Position numbers and translations under genes: made by a program
The notes under the pieces: generated by a model
Databases searched by the model: none
Told to the model about the DNA's origin: nothing
Seen by the model: the letters and a program-made list of their open reading frames with translations, nothing else
Assembly (NCBI GenBank): GCA_964016885.1
Contig: OZ024745.1
Coordinates: 13,516,001-13,580,000, forward strand
Length of the DNA: 64,000 bases
Direction of reading: 5' to 3'
DNA from: Eledone cirrhosa
Taxonomy: Eukaryota
Part shown: piece by piece, positions 10,935 through 22,418 of the stretch
Layout: each line of letters opens with the position of its first letter
Numbering within the stretch: the first letter of the stretch is position 1

Positions 10935-11000
10935 TTTTTTTTTTTTTTTTTTTTTTTTTATTGTGCAATGGCCATACTCGATAACGAGGGGGCAGCCATC
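6673..11000 (+). mobile_element. Full-length, apparently intact RTE-clade LINE
   Basis: 5'UTR, single uninterrupted ORF and 3'UTR ending ctcgataacgag...ggcagccatc. Candidate 18-bp TSD atgtgtatgtatatatgt at 6655-6672 and 11001-11018. The 5' boundary is uncertain (6673-6823). Confidence 0.92.
7206..10751 (+). CDS. RTE LINE ORF: APE endonuclease + reverse transcriptase + 3 C2H2 zinc fingers (1181 aa)
   Basis: APE motifs WNVRTL, ALSETR, GDFNARVG, LDYVL, TDHRLV. RT motifs NYRGISLL, QSGFR, FVDLTKAFDTV, GVKQG, YADD (9570-9581), YLGS. C-terminal CxxC-x12-HxxxH three times. No stops or frameshifts. Confidence 0.97.
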   Translation: MMFQNNVNEIIANLGSGTKEIIGNKGRGPKLSQPGPARHRAIVIEPNRAFSLGCWNVRTLLDRDSLERPERRTALVAKELRRYDLDIVALSETRLAGDGHLTEFCGEYTFFWKGRDEGTRREAGVGFAVKTVLVNKLEEFPVGISERLMSMRVPLDKGRYATLVSVYAPTMNSVDEEKLSFYHALKGVLRNIPQADKVIVLGDFNARVGRDFNTWNVIGRHGVGKCNSNGMLLLQMCEELDLCVTNTMFQQKNKFKTTWMHPASKEWHLLDYVLVRMRDRQDVRCVRVLRGAECWTDHRLVRAKVNLITKRKIRAPGVTLPKRLNAARLKDKNVKRTLEEEMQAADLGEDWPTLKKSVYDVGRRVLGLVQRKHQDWFNEKDVHIDDLLADKRRALSRYLTARPQERNTLHEELRDVKSRVRRSLSQMKDQWWSEKAGEIQTASDCNNTKLLYSLLREVYGPSSSLVTPIRSRDGKELLRDSQGILRRWREHFDDLLNQPSVVSEDFLNLIPESPVKVALAEPPTLVEVAVAISKLNSGRSPGMDGIHAELLQYGGERLLQHLHSLFGRIWANESVPEDWRDAVMVVLYKGKGNRNDCGNYRGISLLSVVGKVLCRVLLDRLLTHIADCVLPESQSGFRVGRGTTDMIFSARQLQEKCIEQGLDLYQVFVDLTKAFDTVNRDALWKVLQKLGCPDKFLALVRSFHDDMKAWVNVGGNMSEPISVKNGVKQGDIPAPTLFAIYFAMVFCVAFRNCEHGVYIRYRTSGSIFNIRRFAAKTKVFTSVIRDLLYADDCDLVAHTESDMQHILNVFSDACTALGLTVSLKKTVVMYQPAPGRQYTEPNIYVYGKRLGVVDQFVYLGSTVNRYGNLDSEISLRIRKASDAFGKLERRLWGRRDICRRTKVRVYRACVLSCLLYACETWVTYRRHLEQLERFHQMCLRRIHGVRWRDHISDVEILGSSMCDSIEALVLKQRLRWSGHLARMKDSRIPKQLFYGELVKGKRPPHKPKKRYKDSLKASLKDANISADTWENIAADRNKWRKTVYEGKVAFEASRIAHEKVKRDVRKGIAVALPDGEGPPMFLTCSVCARLCLSKAGLESHLRSHKVRPVVDYQAAVGDATHHACQTCGRECKSAGGLKRHAKVHELQPQPTIPSKCFGCRLCARHFGSLAGLKSHIRSQHC

Positions 11001-11030
11001 ATGTGTATGTATATATGTATGTATTTATGT

Positions 11031-11636
11031 CAGGTCACCAGTTGGTGCTACTGGTAACATGTATCCGAGTATAACCTGTCCCATGGCGGGTCGTTGGCGA
11101 CTAAACTGGCAACCCCAACAAGGTTTCTTGGTGAGGAGGGTGACTTTGGATATCCTGCAGGACTAAAAACGAAACCTGTCAAAAGGGCAAAGGAGCTCTT
11201 AAAAGTCAATGGCCATCCAAAATCACCGGGAGAGATGACCCCTTAGCCTTTGTAAAGGCAGAATTCTAGGAGAAGGAAAACTCTGATATAACACCTGCAA
11301 CTCTGATGGTATCCAATGATGTTGACTTGTTCTTCTTTTTGGTAAATATCATGTTGGTTAAGAGAGTGGGACTGGCTTTGTGCAGTGCCTTTGCTCACTA
11401 TAAAAGCTTCACGGCACAGGCATTGCTTTATATCTGGAGATCTCTCTGCACTTGTCGTCACATGGTACCATGGGCCCAGCACTATGTGTCAATAATTGTC
11501 ACAAATGTAGTGTTTGTACCAGAGTTTTCAAGTCGCTGGCTGGACTAAAAAGTCACACTCGTTCAGCGCATCGGTAGGGGTTCTCCTACATGGATATACA
11601 GTAGTGGCCGTACTCGAAAACAAGTTGGCAGCCACC
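11031..11636 (+). mobile_element. Non-autonomous bipartite RTE-derived element, copy 3
   Basis: Matches 5955-6560 at offset 5076; only one difference seen by eye (gagtacaacc vs gagtataacc). Confidence 0.9.
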
Positions 11637-11747
11637 ATGTATGTATGTATGTATGTATGTATGTATGTATGTATGTATGTATGTATGTATGTATGTATGT
11701 ATGTATGTATGTATGTATGTATGTATGTATGTATGTATATATGTATA

Positions 11748-12482
11748 CATTTGACACCGTTAATCGGAAGGCTTTGTGGGTTATTTTGGAGAGATTGGCT
11801 GTCCTGAAAAGTTTGTGAACATTCTGAAACTCTTGTGTCTGAGTGTCGGAGAATTGAGAGTATCATCCACCAACGGCGTTTGCTATGGACCAGACACCTC
11901 TGCAGAATGGAGGATGATCGAATCCAAAAACAACTCTTCTAAGGCGAGATTTGTGAGGGTAAGAGACCACCTCACAAACCAAGGCTCCGATTGAAGGATT
12001 GTGTAAAGGACTCAGTGAAAAAAACTGGTTTGATGATGGCTGACTGGGAGATAGAAGCTCTTGAAAGAGAAACTTGGCGTGGAATGGTGAATGATGGGGC
12101 CCATAATTTTGAGGACAGACGCATAGAGCACGAGAAGATCCAACCGGATGGGCGTAGGCAATGCCCTGGTGTATCTCTCTAAACGATCGGTGTCTCCATT
12201 GAATTGAAATGCCCTGAGTGTGGAAAAGTTTACTTGAGCAAATCTGGTCTCAGGAGCCACAATCGCAGCCATGTTCAAAGAGAACCAGTGAACTATGATC
12301 TCCACGGTGTTGTGAGGGTTCACGGGCAACCTGATGCAGGACCTCAAGCCAGGGAGATCCGTAGTTGTCGTCAATGTGTGAAAGAGTGCAAGTCTCTAGC
12401 AGGCTTGCAAAGCCCTATCCGAGCGTCACACATCCGAATCTGACAAGCGATTGCAATACTCTTGATAGAGTTTGCAGCCATC
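11748..12482 (+). pseudogene. Internally deleted, frameshifted RTE relative
   Basis: FDTVNRKALW / GCPEKFVNIL, then a jump to GHL.RMEDDRIQKQLF, then fingers CPECGKVYLSKSGLRSHNRSH and CRQCVKECKSLAGLQS; 3' end gcagccatc + (ATGT)n. Confidence 0.85.
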
Positions 12483-12904
12483 ATGTATGTATGTACATAC
12501 GTACGTATGTATGTATGTACATACGTACGTATGTATGTATGTATGTATGTATGTATGTATGTATGTATGTATGTATGTATATATGTGTATCTATATATGT
12601 ATGTATGTGTTTGCGTATTTATGTATCTATGTATGTATGTATGTGTGTTTGCTTACGTATGTATGTATGTATGTGTATGTATGTAAGTATGTTATGTATA
12701 TATGTATGTATATATGTATGTATGTGTATGTATGTATGTATGTATGTGTGTTTGCTTACGTATGTATGTACGTGTATGTATGTATGTTATGTATATATGT
12801 ATGTATGTGTCAAATAGAGAGAGAAGGAAAGAAGAAAAAAACAGAAAGCAGTGAGAGAGAGGAAAAGAGGAGAGAGAGATAGGGAGATAGATAGAGAGAG
12901 AGGG

Positions 12905-12960
<56 letters not shown>

Positions 12961-13067
12961 AAGAGAGAGGGAGGAGATTAAAACTAAGGTTTTGTAAATA
13001 TAATGTTGTTATGAAGAAGATTACAATGAAGTGAATGAGAATAAATTAACCGATTTCTGCTGAACAT

Positions 13068-13144
<77 letters not shown>

Positions 13145-13257
13145 CGTGTGTGTGTGTTGTGTGTGAGTGTGTGTGTCAGGGATCAGGGTGTGATGGACAC
13201 ATTGATAAACAATTATTCAAATCCTGAGATCAACTGATATAATATATATATACATAC

Positions 13258-13311
<54 letters not shown>

Positions 13312-13350
13312 TATATATATATATATATATATAATATATATATATATATA
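12483..13350. repeat. Compound microsatellites (ATGT)n, (GA)n, (TG)n, (TA)n
   Basis: Seen directly. Confidence 0.9.
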
Positions 13351-13793
13351 ACATCAATTATGTCACTCATAGATTAAGAAATCTGATGAAATGGTGGAAT
13401 TTTCGGAGTAAATAGATAAAGATATTTGATATATTGTGGTAAAGGACCTAACCAACAGATATGGCCGACTATTATATAAAACAGCGTTCATTCTTTTCAT
13501 TTTATCGCTCTCTTTTCTAAGTTCAAATTCCAACCGACTCCATATTATCTTTTCACCATCTGACGCAATGCCAGTAATAAAAGGGGTATTAAGTCGATTC
13601 AGTTCGAACCAAATACTTGACTGTTATTATTTTATCGATCTCTATTTGTCGAATCACTAGTTATGGTGCATAAACACAGACACAAACAAATCCACACTAA
13701 TACACATATAGCGGCCGATTGCAACTTTTCCGTTTTTAAGGATTTTCACCCTATTTTATATGCTATATCATAGCATCTCTGCGTATGAGCACA

Positions 13794-13846
<53 letters not shown>

Positions 13847-13959
13847 TAATTGCAATTTTGCAATAGCACACATACTGAATTCTTCTGCCAAAACTAATGA
13901 GTTGCCCCCTTTGTCAAGCCCCACGTGGGTTTTGATAACGGTCAGTCCTTGGCTTGGGC

Positions 13960-14335
13960 ACTGAACTAAAAGCCTGTTGAAAAAGTGACTTCCTTGTTCG
14001 ATCATCATACCAAAAGCTTAACAGTATTTGTCTAAGCAGACAGTACTTGATTTAGGAGTTGCAGAAACCCCATATTGGATATTACCAACCTTCTAGGGGT
14101 CCGGGTATAATTTTCAATCATATTTTATTATTTGTTTGACCCGAATTACTTGGTCGTTTCTATGGTTGTCCGGATAATGTTTTAACCATCGTCTCAGTGT
14201 GTTTGGCCTTTTAACTTATGTTGTTGCTCTAGTTCACTAGCTTCTATGGAGCACTCGCCACACATCTCGGAAGTTGTTTTTCGCTAATTTCCAATAGCCG
14301 AAATACGATTCTCGCTAATATATATTTGTATATAT
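13960..14335. repeat. Unclassified interspersed repeat ending at (TA)n; second copy at 58480-58845
   Basis: Shared blocks gcctgttga..aaag, ttgttcgatcat.ataccaaaagctt, gggtccggg, ttaaccatcgtctcagt, cgaaat.cgattctcgctaa. Confidence 0.75.
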
Positions 14336-14343
14336 AATATATA

Positions 14344-14479
<136 letters not shown>

Positions 14480-14494
14480 ATACACATATATATA

Positions 14495-14682
14495 AACACT
14501 TCATTTCACATTGCTCCAGTTTACTCAGTCTGAACATGAGTACCATCAAAGGCTGGGGGCGGGGGTTAACCCTGCGATGGACTGGCATCCTGTCCAGTGG
14601 GGAGTCTTGTACTCTCAGTCACTTCATGCCACGGAAAACGGATGAAACCCTGATGAGACTCCGAGCTCGAGGCAGACTTTAG
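14495..14682 (+). mobile_element. 3' part of a CORE-like tRNA SINE (same family as 44625-44885)
   Basis: acacttcatttcacattgctccagt...atgagtacc...accctgcgatggactggcatcctgtcc shared with 44720-44880. Confidence 0.7.
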
Positions 14683-14829
14683 ATTTTATATAATATATAT
14701 ATGTGCTACTTTCGTATAACTAATGGTATACGGTATGTTTCCGAATAAACAATTAGAAAGCCTTCTATCAATGAATATTGAAAAACTGACGGCTGGCATC
14801 CTCTAGCGGATTCCAGCAGAAGTAGCGAG

Positions 14830-15100
14830 AGACAACTGCAAACACGTTTCTGGCTCTGGCCGTCCATCAGGACAGTACGACGCTCCTGTTTTGCTGCTGG
14901 AATTTTGAAAGAGGAGAAAATATATAGCCTACGAAATTCACATAGTTATATGTACACAGCCATGTCGAACCGAAGACTATAATTAACATCTACATAGGCG
15001 AAAACCTATATATTTTCGTCTGTTTGAAATCCCAGCAGACAACAGGGGAAGCACTATCCTGATGACGGCCAGAGCCAGAAACGCGTTGTCTTGCTGAAGG
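14830..15100. mobile_element. Inverted-repeat Penelope-like terminal fragment with degenerate hammerhead motifs
   Basis: 14830-14930 is the diverged reverse complement of 15005-15095; CTGATGA-cggccagagcca-GAAACGCGT at 15059-15086. Confidence 0.6.
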
Positions 15101-16116
15101 ACATAACGCATCGCCTGGGCCGCGAATCCAACTGCAACCATAATATTGCGCCTTTACTGTAATATATCATTCTATAATATACCACACGGCAGTCTAATAT
15201 ATTATACTACAGTGTGTCTCATTACAACATATCACACAGTAATATATCATACTATCATATGGCTCTGTACAATATATCACACTGTAATATACTATAATGT
15301 AATATACCACACTACGATATTATCTTTCAAAGTGTTGGAATGCTAAACCAATAATTATACCAAAGCTATATTTTATGTATTTCAAAATGGCGTTCAAGCA
15401 ATCTTTATTGAGTTTGTTGTCTTCAAATAACGAACAACGAACAACGATTAAATACAAACAAACAAATTAGTAAATAAATAAATAAAAAGAAGAAGGAAAT
15501 ATTAAGATGCACTTTTGCGTTTTGTTATTGCATTTGCTTCGTTGAATTAAATAATAGAAGGAATAACAGCGCTGCCTATAACATTTTTATACTAGTCGAG
15601 ATAGAGGAATATAAACAAGTTTGATGTCTTTAAATACGGTTAATTGATTGTTAGTTTTGTGTTTGTCTTTCTTGTTGTTTTTCTCGTTTTCAAAATCTGC
15701 CTTCGTAGTTTTATTAAACTGGAAAATTGTTGAGTTGTTTAAGACTGTTCGCTTGTGTTACAATGACACTTACATTTACAACATTACTTTGTTTACAATT
15801 TCTCGTTGGGCTTTCTTACGTATTTATTTATAACGACATAGTTGATTGAAAGCATTTGGATGCAGGATCTACTGTAAAACTGATAGTATATTACGATAGA
15901 TGAAGAGAAGAGAGAGAGAGGGGGAGGGGTGTTCGATGTGGGGAGAGAATGTAGCCATCTTAAAGTTGACCATTTTCAGAATCCAAGGCAGCTTAACGCC
16001 TATTGTAAACAAAGTGATATATCTTTGACTGACTTCTCAGGGCGTCTGAAATTGGATATTAGACAATTGTAGTATATCAGTGTAAATGTGTTTGAGTGTA
16101 TGTGTATGTATGTGTG

Positions 16117-16174
<58 letters not shown>

Positions 16175-16338
16175 AAAGAGAGAGAGAGAGAGAAATGGCG
16201 AGGGAGGGAAGGATCGTGTAAGACTGTGTTTACGTATTTGTATATATGCATATATGTGTGTATGAGAAACAGGGAGAGAGAGAGAGTGATTGTGTGTAAG
16301 AGTGTAAGAACGCATGCAGGTATTTATATATACATATA

Positions 16339-16406
<68 letters not shown>

Positions 16407-16954
16407 TAAGATCGTGTGTTAGTGTGTATATGTGTGTGCGAGAGGGAAAGATTGTGTGTAAGTGTGTAAGAATGTATTTACCTATTTGTATATATATGCA
16501 TATATATGTGTCTGTATGTGGGGGGGGGAGATCGTGGGGTATGTGTGTGAGAATGTAGGTACGTATTTGTATATACACATGTGTGTGTGTAGGTTAGCTT
16601 CGTGATAAATGCGTTCACCTGGCAATCACTACTTCCTTGGTTTGATCCAACTACCCGGTGTCTTGTCTAAGTGTCATTTACCATAGATTCGGGTCGGGCT
16701 ATATCAGTTGAGGGAAATTGGGTAGAAAAAAACATTGATTGTAAGGCCCACGAATGAACTGTACCTGTAATTTAAAGGGCCAGTCTTGTCAGAGACGGTG
16801 TCGAGCAGAATCTCCTTGATAATTCAGTTAAGAGAACAATTCTCTGTGGAAAGCTTAGCTATGTGCACGCTTCATGAGCAGGTTGTTCCATCGATAGAAT
16901 AATAGAATAACTGGAACACTCGTCGTCGAAACCAACGGAAGTCCATTCCATATC

Positions 16955-16991
<37 letters not shown>

Positions 16992-17094
16992 GGGGGGGAG
17001 TGGGGGTTATTGTGTATACATGTCTGAATATAAAGTTTTATTCTTTTTTTATAACTTTTATAAATGTTTAGTTATTTACATATTCTTATTCACT

Positions 17095-17430
17095 AATCCC
17101 GTAAAACCTGAGGGAGTCGTAGGGGCACCGTATTGACATACGGCGGTTTTTTTTTGGGGGGGGGGGGGCATTTTAAGCCTGGCGGAGCCCATCTCCTCTC
17201 CAGGCCTAAATACAGCAAATTTCTTCCAGAGAAGGAGGGAAAGTGGCAGAGAAGAAGTGAGAAAGAGATAAAGGAAGAAGCGATCCCAGTACAGGACTGA
17301 TAGATTTTTTATCGCCTTCGGATGAAAACAAAGTTGACCTCGGTGGGATTTGAACTTAGAGAGCAGAGAGTCGAAACGAATGCCACAAAGTATTCTATCC
17401 GACATTCTAACGACTCTGACAATTCGACGT
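17095..17430 (-). mobile_element. tRNA-derived MetaSINE-like element with long 3' extension
   Basis: Reverse strand has B-box gttcaaatccc and ctttg..ttcatcc..ggcgataaa; the extension is shared with 19215-19330, 37250-37365, 41195-41250 and 56490-56600. Confidence 0.75.
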
Positions 17431-17609
17431 CCATTATTTATTAATTCAACATTTGTAAAAATTGTAAATAAAATTGGATGATTCATTTTGATGCACACTA
17501 TATACATATATATATATATGTGTGTTTGTGTGATATATATATATATATAGAATAAAAAACGAAAAATCAGTGATGTATCTGAACTCAATTCATTGTGTGT
17601 TACAATTGT

Positions 17610-17652
<43 letters not shown>

Positions 17653-18057
17653 TGAGAGAGAATCTACAGGTGGTTCCTCATTAGTTTGTCATAGATATTC
17701 TCAGAACTACTTTTTCTACGGACGGACTGCATTGTAAAGGATTTGGGCCACTACGTCATACCATGATAACATCTTCGAACAGCTGCATCCATGTCTTTTG
17801 TGTATCAGATATTTTGTAGTTATTTCCTGCTCCTGGTTTATAAAAGCATATCCTTCAAATGAAATCTAATATACCGGTTGTTCGTCCAATATAGACTACT
17901 TTGGATCATCTGTATTGCTCCCCCTTTAAAGCTTTCTGACAACATAACAATGCATGACTTTCTGCTAATAAGCATGCAGCTTTTCATCCTCTGAATCTTT
18001 CAGTCATTGAAAGGGAAGTTGCATAACTGGCTTGTAGTTTCCTCTTGATTTAGAATC

Positions 18058-18075
18058 ATATCATCATCATCATCC

Positions 18076-18135
<60 letters not shown>

Positions 18136-18492
18136 GTCCCTTCACTTTTGTAGTCGTCGGGGGGATCCGAATGCAGAAGCAGTACATGCTGAAAAGTGTC
18201 TCTCAACGGCGGCTGTCAGCAAATCTGGTGTAGTCATGTCCGTCCATTCTTTGACATTGGCCAACCAGTTTTTGCGTTGGCGTCCCCTCCTGCGTCCACC
18301 TTCAACAGTGCCTTGCATGATGGTCTTGCAGAGACTGTCATGTCATATGACATGGCCAAACCACACCAGTTTCCTCCTCTTGACAGTGGCGAGGAGAGAT
18401 TCCTGGTGACTCACAAAACTTTCAACCCTTCTCCGCGCGTATTCATTGGTTTTACGTTCCCAATAAGAAATACGAAGGAGTTTTCTCATATA
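18058..18492 (-). pseudogene. 5'-truncated RTE-type LINE 3' end with (GAT)n tail
   Basis: LRISYWERKTNEYARRRV...TVKRRKLVWFGHV...IMQGTVEGGRRRGRQRKNW; (TCA)n on the plus strand at 18058-18134. Confidence 0.85.
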
Positions 18493-19019
18493 GGAACATG
18501 TATCCTGGCCATCTTTCGAGAAGATTGTAACCTGATTAAAGATGTTCTTCATATTCATATTCTTAGTATACACTTTTCAGATCGCTCACAAAGAAGCTAT
18601 ATGTTATGTTAGTGTTTCTGGCCAACCATAACGCAACTATTTTGTTGAACTACACACCGAGGATATTTTGTTCCTGCACTCAGCGTTACCCTTTCTCTTA
18701 CAAGTGTTTGCCACAGTTGTGAAGAAGAATTTTCTACTTCCATTTCTACTCAGTCAGGTAGGACATTGTAGACCTAGTTACAAATACAAGACATACGTCC
18801 TATACTGAAAGCAACGTACGATGCCATCTTTGTGTTTTACGGTGCCATCTCCAGGTTTTTCCCATTCCAAATCATTCCAAATTGCTTTTCTAAGTCACTG
18901 TCAACTGGAAGATGAGAAGATAACTAGAAAACTAGAATTGGAAAGTAACAAAAGCTTGCAATAGATATAACATTTTATATACAACTGGGTTTTACCTGTG
19001 GTTATATGAAATGTGGTTA

Positions 19020-19330
19020 TAGGCAACGAATTAGAGGAGTCGTTAGGACGTTCGTTAAAATGCTTTGCACCATTTGTTCCGGCTCCTGAGTTCAAATCCC
19101 GCAGAGATCAACTTTATCTTTCATCCATTCGAGGTGGATAAAAACGTACCAGACTAGTACTGGTGTCGATTCTTCCTCTATATCTCTTTCTCACTTCCTC
19201 TCTCACTCACTTTATACCTTCTCTGGAAGAAATCTGCTGTGTTCAAACCTGGAAAGGAGATGAGTTCCGCCAGGTTTTAAATGACCTAGAAACGCCGTAT
19301 TCCACTACGGCGTCCCTAAGACTATATTAG
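19020..19330 (+). mobile_element. MetaSINE-like tRNA SINE
   Basis: ggcaacgaatt..gtcgttag, ctgagttcaaatcccgc, ctttcatccattcgaggtggataaa..gtaccag. Confidence 0.75.
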
Positions 19331-20151
19331 GAATCAGGGAAACATACCCTTCTACATCTATCTGAATACTCTAAAGATAATAAAGCAGCTGGTGCAAACC
19401 TAGCCAGCATATATTCCATGGAGATTGAAGCAAACGTTCTCACTGCAGTGTTTGCATTCTTCTTGCATTTGACAGCCACAAATTAAGTGTAACATGCTGG
19501 TTGTATTATATGACAACGTACTTGTTACATGTCTTCTAAATCTGTGCAGATATCCTCTGTCACTTTTGGCTATATCTTCCTTTTGATCTTTTGATCTTTC
19601 TGAAATATATTTAAATATGTCCTCTTTACCGATCTCATTGCTCTATATTCGAACTCATTCTCATTTCTCCACACCTAACTTGGTAGCAGATGCTGTATAC
19701 TGGAGTAACGGTCTAACGAGTCTTCACTGTTTGCGAGATATTCATCTAAATTCAACCTTCCATCTCTCTATACATATCATACGAATATTATATTATAACA
19801 GATAAAGGATATCAGATTATATCATCAGTAAAATCTGTCATGGCGTTTTTCTCAATCGGATATCAGTAATATCTGTTTTCACTTTTGATTTAGTATTATT
19901 ATTTTTAATATCGAGCCACGAATTAGTAGTGTAGGCGTTATAAGTTATTAGTTATTTCGCAGATGGAAGAAGTTCAGAAGTCCGTAAAATCCGTTTTGAC
20001 AACAAAATAGATTAAATCGGTCAACAGATGTGAATGGCTTTAAATGATAAGAAAGGTCCAAGGCGCCAATTGGCAGAGATGATAGAGAACAGGACAAAAT
20101 GCAATGCAATATTTCTTGCGGTCATTTTGATTTCAAATCCAGACGAAGTCA

Positions 20152-20212
<61 letters not shown>

Positions 20213-20508
20213 TTGTGGAGTTGAGTATAAGCTACCTCGATAAATCACATGTTACCGGCTTCGTACATTTCCCGCCATCAAGTTCATCCCAAATTATGAT
20301 CGAAAACACTTGCACGGAGTATTGGGAACTTATATTTAATCCAGAATCATGTCACTGAGAAAGGAACTTTTTAACCTCACAACCATACCTGGATCAATAT
20401 TTCGTGAAAACCCATAGGTTGCACAGCATCGAGTTTTTATTATTTAAACAATATTAGGGTGATGGATTGGCAGAATTTGTAGAGTGTTTGTTATGTGCTA
20501 TGACACAG

Positions 20509-20564
<56 letters not shown>

Positions 20565-20605
20565 AGAGTATTGAAGTTTGCTTGAAGCATTGTGGAATAA
20601 TAAGG

Positions 20606-21043
20606 TAAATTTCTTTAAGTCGTTTGGAAGCCTCGACAATGCAGATGGGTAAATCTCCGGGTAACAAGATCCGGTGGTGGAGAGAGAGATGTAAGTGGGT
20701 GTACGTTGAGATGCGTGGCGTGTAGAAGACTGTAGCGTGTAGAAGAATGTAGGAAAGAGCGTAAAGGATAAAAATAAAAATAATAACACGAGATAGAGTT
20801 ACCTTGGGTGAGATTTAATTGTCCCTATATATTTCGGATTCACATCCATCAACTGGGGGGGTTTTTCGGGGGGGGGGGGGAGGTTGTCTGTCGGAAAGGT
20901 GCGAAACGTGTCCTCCGCTTCTTCTACACGCCACGCATCTCAACGTACACCCATTTACATCTCTCTCTCCACCACCGGATCTTGTTATCCGGAGATTTAC
21001 CCATCTGCATTGTCGAGGCTTCCAAACGACTTAAAGAAATTTA
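20606..21043. mobile_element. Fold-back element: ~123-bp near-perfect inverted arms with ~190-bp spacer, between (TA)n tracts
   Basis: 20606-20728 is the reverse complement of 20921-21043. Confidence 0.85.
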
Positions 21044-21145
21044 TATATATATATATAGTTATGTAATAAACAACACATAACTATTAAGCTCTGTTACCTA
21101 CATAGAGCACTCTTTTTTCCTGAACTTTTCCGACGGAATTACTTC

Positions 21146-21243
<98 letters not shown>

Positions 21244-21245
21244 GA

Positions 21246-21291
<46 letters not shown>

Positions 21292-21425
21292 TGGGTGTGT
21301 GTGAGAATTCTTTTGTTGTGTGAGAGTTAGTTTAATTTGTTTTTGTGAATAAGTTCTGGGTGTATGTATGCAGGTAAACCTATGAGTATGTAACTACATT
21401 TATCCGTATATCCATATGCCTACAT

Positions 21426-21507
<82 letters not shown>

Positions 21508-21509
<2 letters not shown>

Positions 21510-22350
21510 TGTTATACTTGGGGAGGGTCATATTTGTGTAATATTGCCAGAATTAATAACAGAACACACTCACTGTTTGGTTATTAATTCTGGCTCAGTA
21601 CTATACGAACATGCTAGACAACAACATGACGGTAACATAGACAACATAGAAATTAGAATAATATCTAAACATAGGAATGACCCAGCAGATAGGCAAATCA
21701 GAGAGGCCAGTGAAATAGAAATTAGAAGACCAAAGCTAAACAGAAAGAATGAGTGGAACAACAACAACACCCAAACAAACAACACTGACCTAAGAGAAGT
21801 ATAAATAAGTAAATAAATAAATAAAATAAAATAAAATAAAATAAGATAAATAAATACATACACAAGCACAATAACAACAAGCACATAAACACACACTAGT
21901 CACCCAGCAGACACAACACTATACACACTAGTCACACAGCAAACATAACACTATACACACACGCAAACGCATGCGCAAAGAAGACAAAACAAAACAAAAT
22001 AAAATAAACAAACAAGCAAATAAATAAATAAATATATAGACAGACTGAATAAAAAATGGCGTAGACATACAACACAACAGGAGGAAAAAATATAACACCA
22101 CTGACGATGTTGCAGATGTGCAACGAAAGATTTATGTAAATTATGTAAACTATATATATGTGTTTGTGTCTATATTGTATCTGTATTATTTTTGACCGTC
22201 GGTCAGTCAATGGCAACATTGAGGACCGATTGAGTTAGATCGCAGATATAAAAGACAGCGAGAAGCGAAAACCAACCAAACAGTGAGTGTGTTCTGTTAT
22301 TAATTCTGGCAATATTACACAAATATGACCCTCCCCAAGTATAACAATAT
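21508..22350 (+). mobile_element. 5'-truncated Penelope-like element with inverted 5' terminal copy
   Basis: 21508-21582 is the reverse complement of 22275-22350. Encodes a GIY-YIG C-terminus SVLYEHARQQH...RQIREASEIEIRRPKLNRKNEW. Hammerhead-like CTGACGA-tGTTGCAgatgTGCAAC-GAAA at 22101-22128. A related end lies at ~35260-35390. Confidence 0.85.
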
Positions 22351-22418
22351 TTGTTTCGACACACGATTTCATATAAAAAAAAAAAACCTCGCTAAACTAA
22401 TTCATCGCCGCTATATAT

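Noticed and set aside
5955-11636. LTR retrotransposon
   Set aside because: The internal ORF is APE-RT non-LTR type with no gag, integrase, PBS or PPT, and the flanking repeats are RTE-derived short elements.
17660-19600. Coding-like unique sequence on the minus strand (e.g. GAGNNYKI)
   Set aside because: Stops in all frames and no family I can name; possibly an old transposon.
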